Positions 49,166 through 59,674 of a DNA stretch of 64,000 nt are shown here, in pieces (position 1 is the stretch's first letter; the number at the start of each line of letters is the position of its first letter). The stretch lies in assembly GCA_022711115.1 (NCBI GenBank), contig JAKLFP010000001.1, forward strand, positions 69,183-133,182, given 5' to 3'. The stretch comes from Candidatus Omnitrophota bacterium (GTDB lineage Bacteria; Omnitrophota; Omnitrophia; Omnitrophales; Aquincolibacteriaceae). The translations under genes and the position numbers were made by a program. The notes below the pieces were generated by a model. That model had not been told where the DNA came from and ran no database searches. It worked only from the letters and a program-made list of their open reading frames with translations.

Positions 49166-49537
49166 ATGTCTAGCAACTCCTATTTATATCAATACCTTTT
49201 TATCGGCATTTTTGCCCTTTTTTCACTCATTTTTGCCATGATCCCTCTGGTTTTGGCTTGGTTCCTGGCCCCGAGAAAACCTTCTTTATCCAAACAAGCT
49301 CCTTATGAGTGCGGCCTAGCGTCCGAAGGCGATCCTTGGATTCAATATCATGTCCAGTACTATATTTATGCCCTTATTTTTGTGATTTTCGATATTGAAG
49401 CGGTCTTCATCTATCCTTGGGCGGTAGCCTTCAAAAAGCTGGGGCTCTTCGCTTTTGTGGAAATGATCATTTTTATCGCCATCCTCACTTTCGGCCTCGT
49501 TTATGCCTGGAAGAGAAAGATGCTCGAATGGGAATGA
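49166..49537 (+). CDS. nuoA: NADH-quinone oxidoreductase subunit A
   Basis: 3 TM helices and a PYECG motif. Confidence 0.85.
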   Translation: MSSNSYLYQYLFIGIFALFSLIFAMIPLVLAWFLAPRKPSLSKQAPYECGLASEGDPWIQYHVQYYIYALIFVIFDIEAVFIYPWAVAFKKLGLFAFVEMIIFIAILTFGLVYAWKRKMLEWE

Positions 49538-49570
49538 CTTTCCCCTGAAGGCTGAGAGTCTGAAAACCTT

Positions 49571-50305
49571 ATGAAAATCAAGAAAAACACAATTCCTGCG
49601 GATGAATCACTTCGCGCCGAACTCGCGAAGAAAGGCGTGGTGTGGACCACGTTGGACTTTTTGTATAATTGGGGACGGCGCTCTTCGATCTGGCCCATAC
49701 AGTTCGGCCTAGCCTGCTGCGCGATTGAAATGATTGCCACGGCTTGCGCGCGTTACGACATTGCCCGATTTGGTGCCGAACTTTTTCGGGCCTCCCCGCG
49801 CCAGGCCGATCTCATGATCATTGCCGGCACGGTCACCAAGAAAATGGCCCCTCAAGTTGTCCGTCTTTACAATCAAATGCCGGAACCTAAATATGTCATT
49901 ACCATGGGTGCCTGCGCCATCAGCGGCGGTCCGTTTGTGGACGGCTACAATGTATTGCGCGGTATCGACCGATACATCCCGGTCGATGTCCATCTTCCGG
50001 GTTGTCCGCCACGCCCAGAAGCTCTCTTGTACGGGCTCATGGAACTTCAAAAGAAGATCGATTCCCAGGAGATCCAGAAAGCAGACTGGTACCAAAAAGG
50101 GATCAAACGTGAATTCCCTATTCCGGAACTCGGCCCTCACGGGTTGATCCCAAAATATAATCCTGATGTCTGGCAACCACCAAAGAAAAATCCTCGAAAG
50201 ACCTATTACGGGCAACCGATTTTAGTCGGGAAAAAACAGACTGCTCCCAAATGGGAAGCTGTCACCACAAATTCTGTACCCCCACCTCCACGAACTGTGA
50301 CTTGA
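49571..50305 (+). CDS. nuoB: NADH-quinone oxidoreductase subunit B (with ~60-aa Pro/Lys-rich C-terminal extension)
   Basis: [16 protein letters not shown] and CPPRPE N2-cluster motifs. A C-terminal tail ...[14 protein letters not shown]...PPPPRTVT is appended. Confidence 0.85.
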   Translation: MKIKKNTIPADESLRAELAKKGVVWTTLDFLYNWGRRSSIWPIQFGLACCAIEMIATACARYDIARFGAELFRASPRQADLMIIAGTVTKKMAPQVVRLYNQMPEPKYVITMGACAISGGPFVDGYNVLRGIDRYIPVDVHLPGCPPRPEALLYGLMELQKKIDSQEIQKADWYQKGIKREFPIPELGPHGLIPKYNPDVWQPPKKNPRKTYYGQPILVGKKQTAPKWEAVTTNSVPPPPRTVT

Positions 50306-50306
50306 T

Positions 50307-50894
50307 ATGACCTCTTTTATAGAAGAAATCAGAAAAGAACTTTCGGAAAGATTGCCGAACATCAAACTCCGCCTTGTGCGGGCTTCTATTCTTATTGAAA
50401 ATCCGAAAGATTTGACACAGGTGGTTTTTTATCTCAAGGAAAACCCGAGATTCCTGCTGGATTATCTTTCGTCAATCACTGCCGTTGATTATCTTGATTA
50501 TCTGGAATCTGTTTATCACCTTTATTCCATGGAGAAAAAACAAGGGCCGGTTGTCTTGCGCGTCCGCGTCTCAAAAACCGACACAACAATCCCTTCGTTG
50601 ATCCCCATTTACCACGGTGCCGAACTTCAAGAACGAGAGGCCTATGACACCTTCGGGATTATTTATGAAGGTCACCCGAACCTGAAGCGGCTTTTCATGT
50701 GGGACGGATTTGAAGGTTATCCTCTGCGCAAGGATTACGAACAGGAAGATTCAGAAATCCTGGAAACCGCAGACATAGAATGGCTTGAATCCAAAGGCAT
50801 CGGGATCACGAATGAAGTCAAAGAAAAAGCAAAACAAATGAAAATGGAAAACAAACGTGCCGCGGCTCAAAAACCGGAAAAACCAAGAAATTAA
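50307..50894 (+). CDS. nuoC: NADH-quinone oxidoreductase subunit C (30 kDa)
   Basis: EREAYDTFGIIYEGHPNLKRL signature. Confidence 0.85.
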   Translation: MTSFIEEIRKELSERLPNIKLRLVRASILIENPKDLTQVVFYLKENPRFLLDYLSSITAVDYLDYLESVYHLYSMEKKQGPVVLRVRVSKTDTTIPSLIPIYHGAELQEREAYDTFGIIYEGHPNLKRLFMWDGFEGYPLRKDYEQEDSEILETADIEWLESKGIGITNEVKEKAKQMKMENKRAAAQKPEKPRN

Positions 50895-50897
50895 TCG

Positions 50898-52046
50898 ATG
50901 GAAAACATGACCCAGGTTGAAAACAGGCATCCTTCTGAAACCCTTGAGATCAATTTCGGTCCCCAACATCCTTCAACGCATGGCGTTTTCCGCATGCAAA
51001 TGCTCCTTGACGGAGAAAAGATATGCTCGTTAAAACCCGTGCTGGGATATTTGCACCGCAACCACGAACAGATCGCGGAGAATATCACGTATGCGGCAAG
51101 CATGGCCTACACAGACCGCCTGGATTATTTGAATGCCATGACCAATAATTTCGCCTATGCCATCGCCGTGGAAAAACTCGCGGGCATCGAAGTCCCGGAA
51201 CGGGCGGAATACATCCGCGTCATCATGGCCGAACTCGCCCGACTTGTGAACCATATCACCGTGATCGGATTTTTACTCAACGACATGGGAGCTTTTTTTA
51301 CACCCCTCTTATATGCTTTTCGGGAACGGGAAAAGATTTTGGATATTTTTGAAGAGGTTTCCGGTTCCCGCATGATGTGTAATTACTTCCGGTTCGGCGG
51401 TGTCAAACGCGACCTCACCACCGAAAATCTGACGGCAATCATGCAAATCGTCAGGCGATTCCCCGCGTTCCTCGAAGAATTTGAAGCCTTGCTAACAAAA
51501 AACGAGATTCTTTGCATGCGTTGTCAGAATGTCGGGATTTTACCGGCCAACCTGGCTGTCAACAGCAGCATCACAGGGCCGGTCCTTCGTGCCTCCGGTG
51601 TCAATTACGACATCCGGAAAGTGGACGGCTACAGTATTTATAAGCGCTTTGACTTTAGGATCCCTCTCGGTGAAAAAGGCGATGTCTATGACCGGTATTT
51701 TGTCCGTATCCTGGAAATGCGGGAAAGTTTAAAAATCCTGTATCAGGCTCTTAACAAAATCCCCCAAGGAGAATTTCTGAACAAAAAGACTCTGCCGTTT
51801 TTAAAAATGCCGCGTAATTTCAAACCCGCTGTGGGAGAAGCTTACGGGCGCATCGAATCTCCGAAAGGGGAACTTGGTTTCTATCTTGTCAGCGATGGAA
51901 CGCCTCAGCCCTGGCGCTACCACGTTCGCGCGCCATCACTGATCAATCTGACCGTACTTGAAGACATTTGTATCGGACAAAAAGTCGCGGACGCCATCAT
52001 TATTCTTGGGAGCATCGACATTGTGCTCGGGGAAACAGACCGATGA
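50898..52046 (+). CDS. nuoD: NADH-quinone oxidoreductase subunit D (49 kDa)
   Basis: [15 protein letters not shown]-terminal motif and collinearity with NuoD / NiFe-hydrogenase large subunit-like proteins. Confidence 0.85.
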   Translation: MENMTQVENRHPSETLEINFGPQHPSTHGVFRMQMLLDGEKICSLKPVLGYLHRNHEQIAENITYAASMAYTDRLDYLNAMTNNFAYAIAVEKLAGIEVPERAEYIRVIMAELARLVNHITVIGFLLNDMGAFFTPLLYAFREREKILDIFEEVSGSRMMCNYFRFGGVKRDLTTENLTAIMQIVRRFPAFLEEFEALLTKNEILCMRCQNVGILPANLAVNSSITGPVLRASGVNYDIRKVDGYSIYKRFDFRIPLGEKGDVYDRYFVRILEMRESLKILYQALNKIPQGEFLNKKTLPFLKMPRNFKPAVGEAYGRIESPKGELGFYLVSDGTPQPWRYHVRAPSLINLTVLEDICIGQKVADAIIILGSIDIVLGETDR

Positions 52047-52702
52047 CGAATTTTCCATCTAAAAGAAAATCATCCGGAATAAAACAATGGGATCATGTTT
52101 ATACCTCCTCCGTTCAAAACGCCCCCTCACACCACTGGCTAAAAATCTTCGGAGCCGGGGCGCTTAAAGGTATGGTTGTTACGCTCAAGAATTTTGTGAC
52201 TTCCTATTTTCGCAAGCCCGATCAAGGCGGCATCTTTACAGTGCAGTATCCGGAAGAACGGTACCCAGAGATCGAAAACTACCGAAACCTCCCTTTCCTT
52301 GTTTATGACGGCTCTCCGGACAAGGTGCGGTGCGTTGCTTGTGGGATCTGCGAACGGGAATGCCCGCCGAAGTGCATTTATATCACTATGGAAACAGATG
52401 TCGCCGGAAAACCCGTACGAAAACCCGCGGTTTTCGATATCGACTATGCTGTATGCATGAACTGCGGCATCTGCGAAGAAGTTTGCCCGTTCGATTCGAT
52501 CTTTATGGACCATGTTTTCGAAATCGCGTCTCCGCGGCGTATCGACACCGGCATGATCCGGCATCAAGAGGACTTGTTAAAATCCAGCGAATACCTCCAA
52601 AAAATCCGGCCAAAAACAGCTACGATGATTGATGAAAAGAAACGAGCAGCGGAAGAGAAAAAAAAGGCGGTGGTGAAACCGCCCCAAGGACCCACCGTAT
52701 GA
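52043..52702 (+). CDS. nuoI: NADH-quinone oxidoreductase subunit I (2x[4Fe-4S])
   Basis: [12 protein letters not shown] and [12 protein letters not shown]. Its ATG overlaps the nuoD stop (ATGA). Confidence 0.8.
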   Translation: MTNFPSKRKSSGIKQWDHVYTSSVQNAPSHHWLKIFGAGALKGMVVTLKNFVTSYFRKPDQGGIFTVQYPEERYPEIENYRNLPFLVYDGSPDKVRCVACGICERECPPKCIYITMETDVAGKPVRKPAVFDIDYAVCMNCGICEEVCPFDSIFMDHVFEIASPRRIDTGMIRHQEDLLKSSEYLQKIRPKTATMIDEKKRAAEEKKKAVVKPPQGPTV

Positions 52703-53886
52703 ACATGCCGCCTCTTTTAAGAGATATTGAATTCGCTGTGGATCTTTCTTTTGTAAACGCAAAGGGATGGATTCTTGATTTACTCAGCCACATTGTCCCG
52801 GATTGGGTCGTTGTGTTCGCTTCGATTGTAATCAGTGGCGTGGCTATCCTTGTGTTAGGCCCGGTGATTATGATGTACCTGACGCTCCTAGAACGAAAAT
52901 TGATCGGTCGTATCCAGAACCGCTATGGTCCAAACCGGGTCGGGATATGGGGACTCCTGCAACCGATCGCCGACGGCATCAAGATGTTCACCAAAGAAGA
53001 CATTGTGCCTGTCTACGCGGATAAAGTAATTCACTGTCTTGCTCCCATTGTGATTGTGATCCCGGCCCTCATGGTTTTTCTGGTGGTGCCTTTCGGTGAA
53101 AGAATGACAGCCGTCAATCTGAACATCGGCCTTCTCTATTTCATCGCTGTATCTTCAATCACCACAATCCCGATTTTTATGGGAAGCTGGGGATCCCGCA
53201 ATAAATATTCCCTGCTGGGCGGCATGCGCACAGCCGCACAAATGATTTCTTATGAAGTCCCGATGACCCTTTCGGTGGTGCCGGTGATCATGATGAGCCA
53301 AAGCCTCTCCACCAATAAAATCGTTTTATCTCAAAGCGGCTCTTATGATATGAACTGGTTCATCTTCACCCCTTGGGGCATTGTGGGATTCATTATTTTC
53401 TTTCTTTGCGCGGTCGCGGAATGCAACCGTCCGCCGTTCGATTTACCGGAGGCGGAATCCGAAATCATCGCCGGTTTTCACACGGAATACAGCGGCATGA
53501 AATTCGCGCTTTTTTATATGGCGGAATACATGAATGCCTTCACACTTTGCGGGATAGCGGCCACTCTTTTCCTCGGCGGCTGGCAAGGCCCTTTTCTTCC
53601 TTCCTGGATATGGTTCTTAGGAAAAACTTTTGTGCTGATTTGCGTGATGATCTGGTTCCGCGGCACTTTTCCCCGCTTCCGGGTAGATCAGCTGATGGGT
53701 TTTGCATGGAAATTCCTTTTACCGCTCACGCTGATCAACATCCTTGTCGCCGGACTTTGTCATTTCATTTCGGAAAAAACGGGATGGATTTATTCTTTTA
53801 TTATTTTTTCGATTTCATTCTGGGTTCTTGTCAGACTGAACCGTCCTTGGATGCCTGAAAAACGTCACTACCCTTTAGCGAACTGA
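52699..53886 (+). CDS. nuoH: NADH-quinone oxidoreductase subunit H
   Basis: GLLQPIADGIKMFTKED and 8 TM helices. Confidence 0.85.
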   Translation: MNMPPLLRDIEFAVDLSFVNAKGWILDLLSHIVPDWVVVFASIVISGVAILVLGPVIMMYLTLLERKLIGRIQNRYGPNRVGIWGLLQPIADGIKMFTKEDIVPVYADKVIHCLAPIVIVIPALMVFLVVPFGERMTAVNLNIGLLYFIAVSSITTIPIFMGSWGSRNKYSLLGGMRTAAQMISYEVPMTLSVVPVIMMSQSLSTNKIVLSQSGSYDMNWFIFTPWGIVGFIIFFLCAVAECNRPPFDLPEAESEIIAGFHTEYSGMKFALFYMAEYMNAFTLCGIAATLFLGGWQGPFLPSWIWFLGKTFVLICVMIWFRGTFPRFRVDQLMGFAWKFLLPLTLINILVAGLCHFISEKTGWIYSFIIFSISFWVLVRLNRPWMPEKRHYPLAN

Positions 53887-53889
53887 TTT

Positions 53890-54399
53890 ATGGATATGCT
53901 AAGCTTGATCATAAAATTTGGGATTTACGGTACCATGGCGCTGGCGCTTATCGCCGCGATCGCCGTCGTTACACTGCGTAATCTTTTTCATAGCGCGCTT
54001 TGCCTCGCCGCAGTTTTAATCGCCACAGCGATGATTTATGCGGCATTTCACGCAGATTTTCTTGCAGCGGCACAAATACTACTGTATGTCGGTGCCGTGA
54101 TGACGCTGATTATTTTTGCAATCATGCTGACAGAACAACTCGGGTCCAAAACAATTCGTCAGACCAACCGTCAAAACCTGGCGGCGTTGGCAGGATTGCT
54201 GGTATTCGTCGTCATCTTGGGCCGAGTCATTTTTAAAACCCCTTGGCCTGTCACTGAAAAAGCGCTCGCATCCAAAGTCACCGTGATGGAGCTTGGGAAA
54301 GCCTTTATGGGACCGTATGTATTCCCTTTTGAAGTGATTTCAATCATCCTTATTGCAGCTTTACTCGGCGCTGTTGTCATCGCTAAAAAGGACCGCTGA
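53890..54399 (+). CDS. nuoJ: NADH-quinone oxidoreductase subunit J
   Basis: 169 aa, 5 TM helices, NuoJ/ND6-like. Confidence 0.75.
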   Translation: MDMLSLIIKFGIYGTMALALIAAIAVVTLRNLFHSALCLAAVLIATAMIYAAFHADFLAAAQILLYVGAVMTLIIFAIMLTEQLGSKTIRQTNRQNLAALAGLLVFVVILGRVIFKTPWPVTEKALASKVTVMELGKAFMGPYVFPFEVISIILIAALLGAVVIAKKDR

Positions 54400-54710
54400 T
54401 GATTATTCCGTTAGCTCATATTTTGATTTTTTCATTATTGCTTTTCGCCACTGGCCTTTATGGCGTTTTGGTGCGGCGCAATATTATCGGCATCCTGATA
54501 TCCATTGAATTAATGCTCAATGCCGCCAATATCAATTTGATCGCTTTCTCAAAATCGACATCCCTTTCCCCCGAAACCGGGCAGATCTTCGCGATCTTTG
54601 TTCTCGCGATCGCCGCGACCACCGCGGCCGTGGGACTCGCCATCGTGTTGGCGCTCTACCGGGTGCGAAAAACTGTTTATACCGATGAGGTTCATTTGCT
54701 GAAATGGTAA
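54399..54710 (+). CDS. nuoK: NADH-quinone oxidoreductase subunit K
   Basis: 103 aa, 3 TM helices, ELMLNAANINLIAFS. Confidence 0.8.
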   Translation: MIIPLAHILIFSLLLFATGLYGVLVRRNIIGILISIELMLNAANINLIAFSKSTSLSPETGQIFAIFVLAIAATTAAVGLAIVLALYRVRKTVYTDEVHLLKW

Positions 54711-56650
54711 CGTCCGATCAGATCATTCTTGTTCCGTTATTGCCTTTCATCGCGTTCGCGGTAAACCTCCTCGCGGGGCGATGGCTCAAACATCGCGCCG
54801 CCTGGCTTTCCGTCGCCGCGAGCACAATCGCTTGTTTCATCGCGATTCCCGTTTGCTGGGCGGTCTTTCAGGGGAACCATTTCGCGAACCAGGGAACCTG
54901 GCTCATGCTCGGCCAGACCCCCCTGAAATTCGGATATGTCATGGACCCTCTTTCCTCATCGCTTCTTTTCATGGTGACCATCGTCGGCACGCTCATTCAG
55001 ATTTACGCCATGGGTTACATGCACGGAGATCCGCGCTACAGCCGCTTTTTCGCCTATGTTTCGCTCTTCATGTCCGCCATGCTGACTTTGTCGATCTCGG
55101 ACAATTATCTTCTTTTCTTTATGTCCTGGGAAATCATGGGGCTTTGTTCTTATCTCTTGATCGGATTTTATTTTGAAAAAGATTCGGCCGCAAAAGCCGG
55201 CTTCAAGGCGTTTTTGACTACAAGAGTCGGTGACGTGGGATTTTTAATCGGTTTTCTGACTCTTTTTAGCGCGATCGGAACGCTGAATTTTTCGGAAATG
55301 AACGCCCTCATGGCCAACGCGCATCACGCTGGCGCGCCGCTTCATGCCGGCCTTCTGTCGCTCGCGGCTTTATTGATTTTCTGCGGCACGATCGGCAAAT
55401 CCGCTCAATTCCCGCTACATGTCTGGCTTCCGGACGCGATGGAAGGCCCGACGCCCGTCAGCGCACTCATCCACGCGGCCACCATGGTCGCCGCCGGGGT
55501 TTTCCTTGTCGCGCGTTCTTTCAGCCTTTTCATGATCGTCCCCAACGTTCTGCCGGTCGTCACGGTCATCGGAACAATCACGGCTTTCATGGCTGCTTTT
55601 ATCGCTCTGACACAAACGGACATCAAACGCATCCTGGCTTATTCTACGATTTCCCAGCTCGGTTACATGGTCACGGCTCTCGGCCTGAGCGGTCTGGGCG
55701 CGGGCACTTTTCATCTTATTACTCACGCCTTTTTCAAGGCCCTGCTCTTCATGGCCGCGGGAAGCGTCATCCACGGGACGCATGTCCAGGATATCCGTGA
55801 AATGGGCGGCCTCTTCAAAAAAATGCCTCATACCGCGACCACTTTTATCATCGCAAGTCTCGCGTTGGCGGGGATCCCTCCGCTTTCCGGGTTCTGGAGC
55901 AAAGATGAGATCCTGCTTTCGGCTTTCGCTTCGGGACATAAGATTGTTTTCATGATTCTGCTTCTTACTGCTTTCATGACAGCGTTTTACATGTTCCGTT
56001 TGATCTTTTTGACGTTTTTCGGTCAGCCACGGAATCTTAAAGTCCACGCGCATGAATCGCCGGCTGTCATGACAGCGCCTCTTTGGGCCTTAGCGTTCGG
56101 TTCGATTGTGATCGGATTCCCCGGCTCGCCTTTCATGCACCACTGGTTCCAAAAATTCATGGCTCACATGGTCCATCATCCGGAATATGAGCCGTCCGCG
56201 TTTGTGATGGCCTGTTCGGTAGCCGCGGCCGTATGCGGCATTTCGCTCGCCGGCGTTATTTATTTGAAAAAAATCCGATGGGCCCAAAAAACCGCCGAGA
56301 CTTTTTCGTTCCTCTATCGCCTTTCTTTGAACAAATGCTATTTTGACGAACTTTATTCCCGATGCATCGTAAAACCTTTTCAGTCGCTAGGTCGTTTTCT
56401 TTTCGGCTTTGACGCGCGCATTGTCGATGGCGCGGTCAACGGCACAGGCCATGCAACCCTTTTTATCAGTGCCGTCAAGGGTTGGATCGATAAATATATC
56501 GTAGACGGCCTGGTGAATTTTACGGGCACCCTGACTCATTTTCTGAATTCGATCGTCAAACGTCTTCAGACCGGATTTGTGCAGAACTACTTGTTGATTG
56601 TTTTTATCGGTATTCTTGTTTTTTTAGTTTGGGAATTAAAAATCATTTAA
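54704..56650 (+). CDS. nuoL: NADH-quinone oxidoreductase subunit L
   Basis: 648-aa antiporter-like subunit with HAFFKALLFMAAGSVIHG. Confidence 0.85.
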   Translation: MVTSDQIILVPLLPFIAFAVNLLAGRWLKHRAAWLSVAASTIACFIAIPVCWAVFQGNHFANQGTWLMLGQTPLKFGYVMDPLSSSLLFMVTIVGTLIQIYAMGYMHGDPRYSRFFAYVSLFMSAMLTLSISDNYLLFFMSWEIMGLCSYLLIGFYFEKDSAAKAGFKAFLTTRVGDVGFLIGFLTLFSAIGTLNFSEMNALMANAHHAGAPLHAGLLSLAALLIFCGTIGKSAQFPLHVWLPDAMEGPTPVSALIHAATMVAAGVFLVARSFSLFMIVPNVLPVVTVIGTITAFMAAFIALTQTDIKRILAYSTISQLGYMVTALGLSGLGAGTFHLITHAFFKALLFMAAGSVIHGTHVQDIREMGGLFKKMPHTATTFIIASLALAGIPPLSGFWSKDEILLSAFASGHKIVFMILLLTAFMTAFYMFRLIFLTFFGQPRNLKVHAHESPAVMTAPLWALAFGSIVIGFPGSPFMHHWFQKFMAHMVHHPEYEPSAFVMACSVAAAVCGISLAGVIYLKKIRWAQKTAETFSFLYRLSLNKCYFDELYSRCIVKPFQSLGRFLFGFDARIVDGAVNGTGHATLFISAVKGWIDKYIVDGLVNFTGTLTHFLNSIVKRLQTGFVQNYLLIVFIGILVFLVWELKII

Positions 56651-56728
56651 ATCGTTTCTGACCGGCACAGCGTTCCAAAATGCTTTGCCGGATTCAGAGT
56701 AACGGGATTTATAAAAGGAGCGAGAGTT

Positions 56729-58213
56729 ATGTCATCACATATTCTTTCTTGGATCATTTTCGCGCCACTCATCGGCGCTGCGGCTGTTCTTTTGATGCCA
56801 AAGAGCAAAACATCCTGGATCAGATGGTGCGCCCTTTTGACGACCCTGATCGTGTTCGGCCTTACCTGTTACGCGCTTTCAATGTTCCAAGGTTCCCGCG
56901 CGGGTTTTCAAATGCTCGAAAAAGCCGCTTGGATCCCCCAGTTCAATGTGCAGTATCTTGTGGGCACGGACGGCATCAGCTTCCCGATGGTCTTTCTGAC
57001 CGCCCTGATCTCCCTGTTGGCATGCATGGGATCGCTGGCCCATATCCGTGTCAAGGAAGGCCGCGAAAAAGAATATTATTTTCTGTTCCTGCTCCTCGAG
57101 ACAGGCATGATGGGGACCTTTCTCGCACTCGATCTTTTCCTGTTCTATATCTTCTGGGAAGTCGTGCTGGTGCCGATGTATTTTTTGATCGGGATATGGG
57201 GCGGACCCCGCCGCGAATATGCCGCCATCAAGTTTTTCCTCTATACGTTGGCCGGAAGTCTTTTTATGCTGCTCGGTATCCTGGCTGTCTATTTTGCCGC
57301 GAGCCCGCACACTTTCAGCATGATCGATCTTGTCAAAATGCCGCGGGATTTCTTTTTCCAGAAAATCGTGTTCCTGGCCTTTTTCCTTGGGTTCGCGATC
57401 AAAGTGCCGATCTTCCCTTTCCACACATGGCTTCCGGACGCCCACGTGGAAGCTCCGACTCCGATCAGTGTGATCCTGGCCGGTGTTCTTCTTAAAATGG
57501 GAACCTACGGGTTTCTCAGGTTCAGTTATCCTCTTTTCCCCGAAGCCGCTGTCTGGTTCCAGCCGGCCATGGGCGTGCTGGCAGTGATTGGTATCGTTTA
57601 CGGCGGGTTCGTCGCTCTCGCGCAAACGGATTTCAAAAAAATGGTCGCTTACTCGAGCGTCAGCCACATGGGCTTTGTTCTCTTGGGGCTCGCGGCCATG
57701 AACGCCAACGGATTTCGAGGCGCACTGCTTCAGATGTTCAATCACGGCACGATCACCGGCGGGCTCTTCTTGCTGGTGGGTGTCCTTTACGATCGCGCCC
57801 ACACGCGCGACTTAAATGATTTCGGAGGGCTCGGCGCCAAAATGCCTGGCTACGCCGGGATCCTGACCTTTTTCTCACTTGCTTCGCTCGGGCTCCCCGG
57901 TCTCAGCGGCTTTATCAGTGAATTCCTGACGCTGCTAGGCTCTTATCAATACTCCAAGGTCATGACCGCGACCGCAACGATCGGAATCATCCTTGCCGCG
58001 GCTTACCTTCTTTACATGATCCAGCGCGTGCTCCTGGGCCAGCTCAATCCGAAATGGACAGGGCTGACCGATATCAATTGGCAAGAAGTGATCACCCTCG
58101 CACCGCTTATGGTTTTTATCCTCGCGCTTGGTATTTATCCGAACCTGATCCTCGATTACATGATCCCGACTCTCGATGGACTTCTTAAAATCCTGGGGGG
58201 TGCAGTACGGTGA
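56729..58213 (+). CDS. nuoM: NADH-quinone oxidoreductase subunit M
   Basis: 494-aa antiporter-like subunit with WLPDAHVEAPTPISV. Confidence 0.85.
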   Translation: MSSHILSWIIFAPLIGAAAVLLMPKSKTSWIRWCALLTTLIVFGLTCYALSMFQGSRAGFQMLEKAAWIPQFNVQYLVGTDGISFPMVFLTALISLLACMGSLAHIRVKEGREKEYYFLFLLLETGMMGTFLALDLFLFYIFWEVVLVPMYFLIGIWGGPRREYAAIKFFLYTLAGSLFMLLGILAVYFAASPHTFSMIDLVKMPRDFFFQKIVFLAFFLGFAIKVPIFPFHTWLPDAHVEAPTPISVILAGVLLKMGTYGFLRFSYPLFPEAAVWFQPAMGVLAVIGIVYGGFVALAQTDFKKMVAYSSVSHMGFVLLGLAAMNANGFRGALLQMFNHGTITGGLFLLVGVLYDRAHTRDLNDFGGLGAKMPGYAGILTFFSLASLGLPGLSGFISEFLTLLGSYQYSKVMTATATIGIILAAAYLLYMIQRVLLGQLNPKWTGLTDINWQEVITLAPLMVFILALGIYPNLILDYMIPTLDGLLKILGGAVR

Positions 58214-59616
58214 ACACTGTTGAAAGTCTAAAATATTTCATCCCGGAACTGATCTTGCTTGTTGGGGCTTTTTTTGTCTTTACGATAGATTTTTTCGTAA
58301 AAAACAAACGCATCGTCAGCGGGTTGACCCTGCTCACGCTCACCTTGTCGCTCTGTTTTGTGAAACAACCCGAAACAGCATTGCCGCTTTTTTATGATTT
58401 TTTCCATTTGGATAACTTCGCTCATTTTTTCCGCTATTTCGCATTGATCGCCGTTTTTATCACACTGCTCCTCAGCTACAGCTATACGCCGATTCGCAAT
58501 CAATATGAGGGTGAGTTCTACGGGCTTTTTCTTTTTATGGCTTTTGCATTAATCCTTGTCGCAACAGCCAACAATCTTTTGATGATCTTCCTGTCTGTGG
58601 AATTTCTTTCATTGCTCTCTTACCTGCTGGTGGGGTTTCTTAAAAATGACCGCAAGGCCAAAGAAGCCGCCATAAAGTATCTCCTGTTCGGAAGTGTGTG
58701 TTCCGCAATCATGCTTTATGGGATGTCCCTTGCTTATGGGGCTTCGGGTTCTCTGGAACTTTCAACGATTGGGAATACTTTCTTTTTTGCACCTTTCAAA
58801 CCTCTGGCGCTTGTGGCCATGCTTTTCTTTTTGGTGGGACTTGGATTCAAAATCTCCATGGCGCCTTTTCACATGTGGGCCCCTGATGTTTATGAAGGCG
58901 CACCGACCCCGGTCACGGCCTTTTTGAGCGTGGCTCCGAAAGCGCTCGGTTTTGCGATCCTATTCCGCATCATGGCCGTAGGCTTTTTGTCGCTTGGGCG
59001 ACCACCGAGTTTGATTTTGACTGCGCTTTCGATGCTTACTATGACTTTGGGGAATATCACAGCGATTTCACAAAATAATATGAAACGGTTTTTGGCCTAC
59101 TCAAGCATCGCTCAAGCAGGGTATATCCTGATGGGCCTGGCTGTTCTCTCAAAGCTCGGCAAAGAGAGTATTTTGATCTATCTGTTAGCGTATCTTTTCA
59201 CGAACCTCGGCGCTTTCGCAGTCGCCATTTTGGTGGAAGAAAAAACAGGCAATGAAGATCTTGCCGCATTCTCAGGGCTATCGCAACGTTCTCCAGTAAC
59301 GGCAGCCATGATGGCTGTTTTTTTGCTTTCACTTGCGGGGATCCCGCCTCTTGCGGGTTTCATTGGGAAATATTACGTGTTCGCTGCCGCTCTTCAGGCA
59401 AAGTTCATCATGCTAGCGGTGATCGCAGCCATCAACAGTGTTGTTGCGGCTTATTATTATTTCAGGATTGTCCGGCTGATGTACCTGACGCCGGCTTCAG
59501 GTCCGGTCTTTTCAGCGGCCCCCAAATCGATCACGGTTGTCCTCTGCTTAACCCTTGTGGTGGTTCTTGCGATGGGCATTTTCCCAAGCTTTTTTCTCGA
59601 CCGTATTCTGAGCTGA
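58210..59616 (+). CDS. nuoN: NADH-quinone oxidoreductase subunit N
   Basis: 468-aa antiporter-like subunit that overlaps nuoM by 4 nt. Confidence 0.85.
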   Translation: MNTVESLKYFIPELILLVGAFFVFTIDFFVKNKRIVSGLTLLTLTLSLCFVKQPETALPLFYDFFHLDNFAHFFRYFALIAVFITLLLSYSYTPIRNQYEGEFYGLFLFMAFALILVATANNLLMIFLSVEFLSLLSYLLVGFLKNDRKAKEAAIKYLLFGSVCSAIMLYGMSLAYGASGSLELSTIGNTFFFAPFKPLALVAMLFFLVGLGFKISMAPFHMWAPDVYEGAPTPVTAFLSVAPKALGFAILFRIMAVGFLSLGRPPSLILTALSMLTMTLGNITAISQNNMKRFLAYSSIAQAGYILMGLAVLSKLGKESILIYLLAYLFTNLGAFAVAILVEEKTGNEDLAAFSGLSQRSPVTAAMMAVFLLSLAGIPPLAGFIGKYYVFAAALQAKFIMLAVIAAINSVVAAYYYFRIVRLMYLTPASGPVFSAAPKSITVVLCLTLVVVLAMGIFPSFFLDRILS

Positions 59617-59628
59617 TCTTTCAGGATG

Positions 59629-59674
59629 AGTGACAGTCACTTAAAGTGACTGTCACTTTTTTTCTTTTTTTTTA
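59629..59674 (+). terminator. Rho-independent terminator of the nuo operon, and also a family-1 tandem-palindrome module
   Basis: A 13-bp perfect stem (AGTGACAGTCACT / AGTGACTGTCACT) with a 3-4 nt loop, followed by a 17-nt T-tract, 13 nt after the nuoN stop. Confidence 0.8.

Noticed and set aside
59657-59674. A T17-18 homopolymer tract, considered as a possible slipped-strand or phase-variation site.
   Set aside because: It directly follows a 13-bp GC-containing hairpin after nuoN, so it is a standard intrinsic-terminator U-tract.
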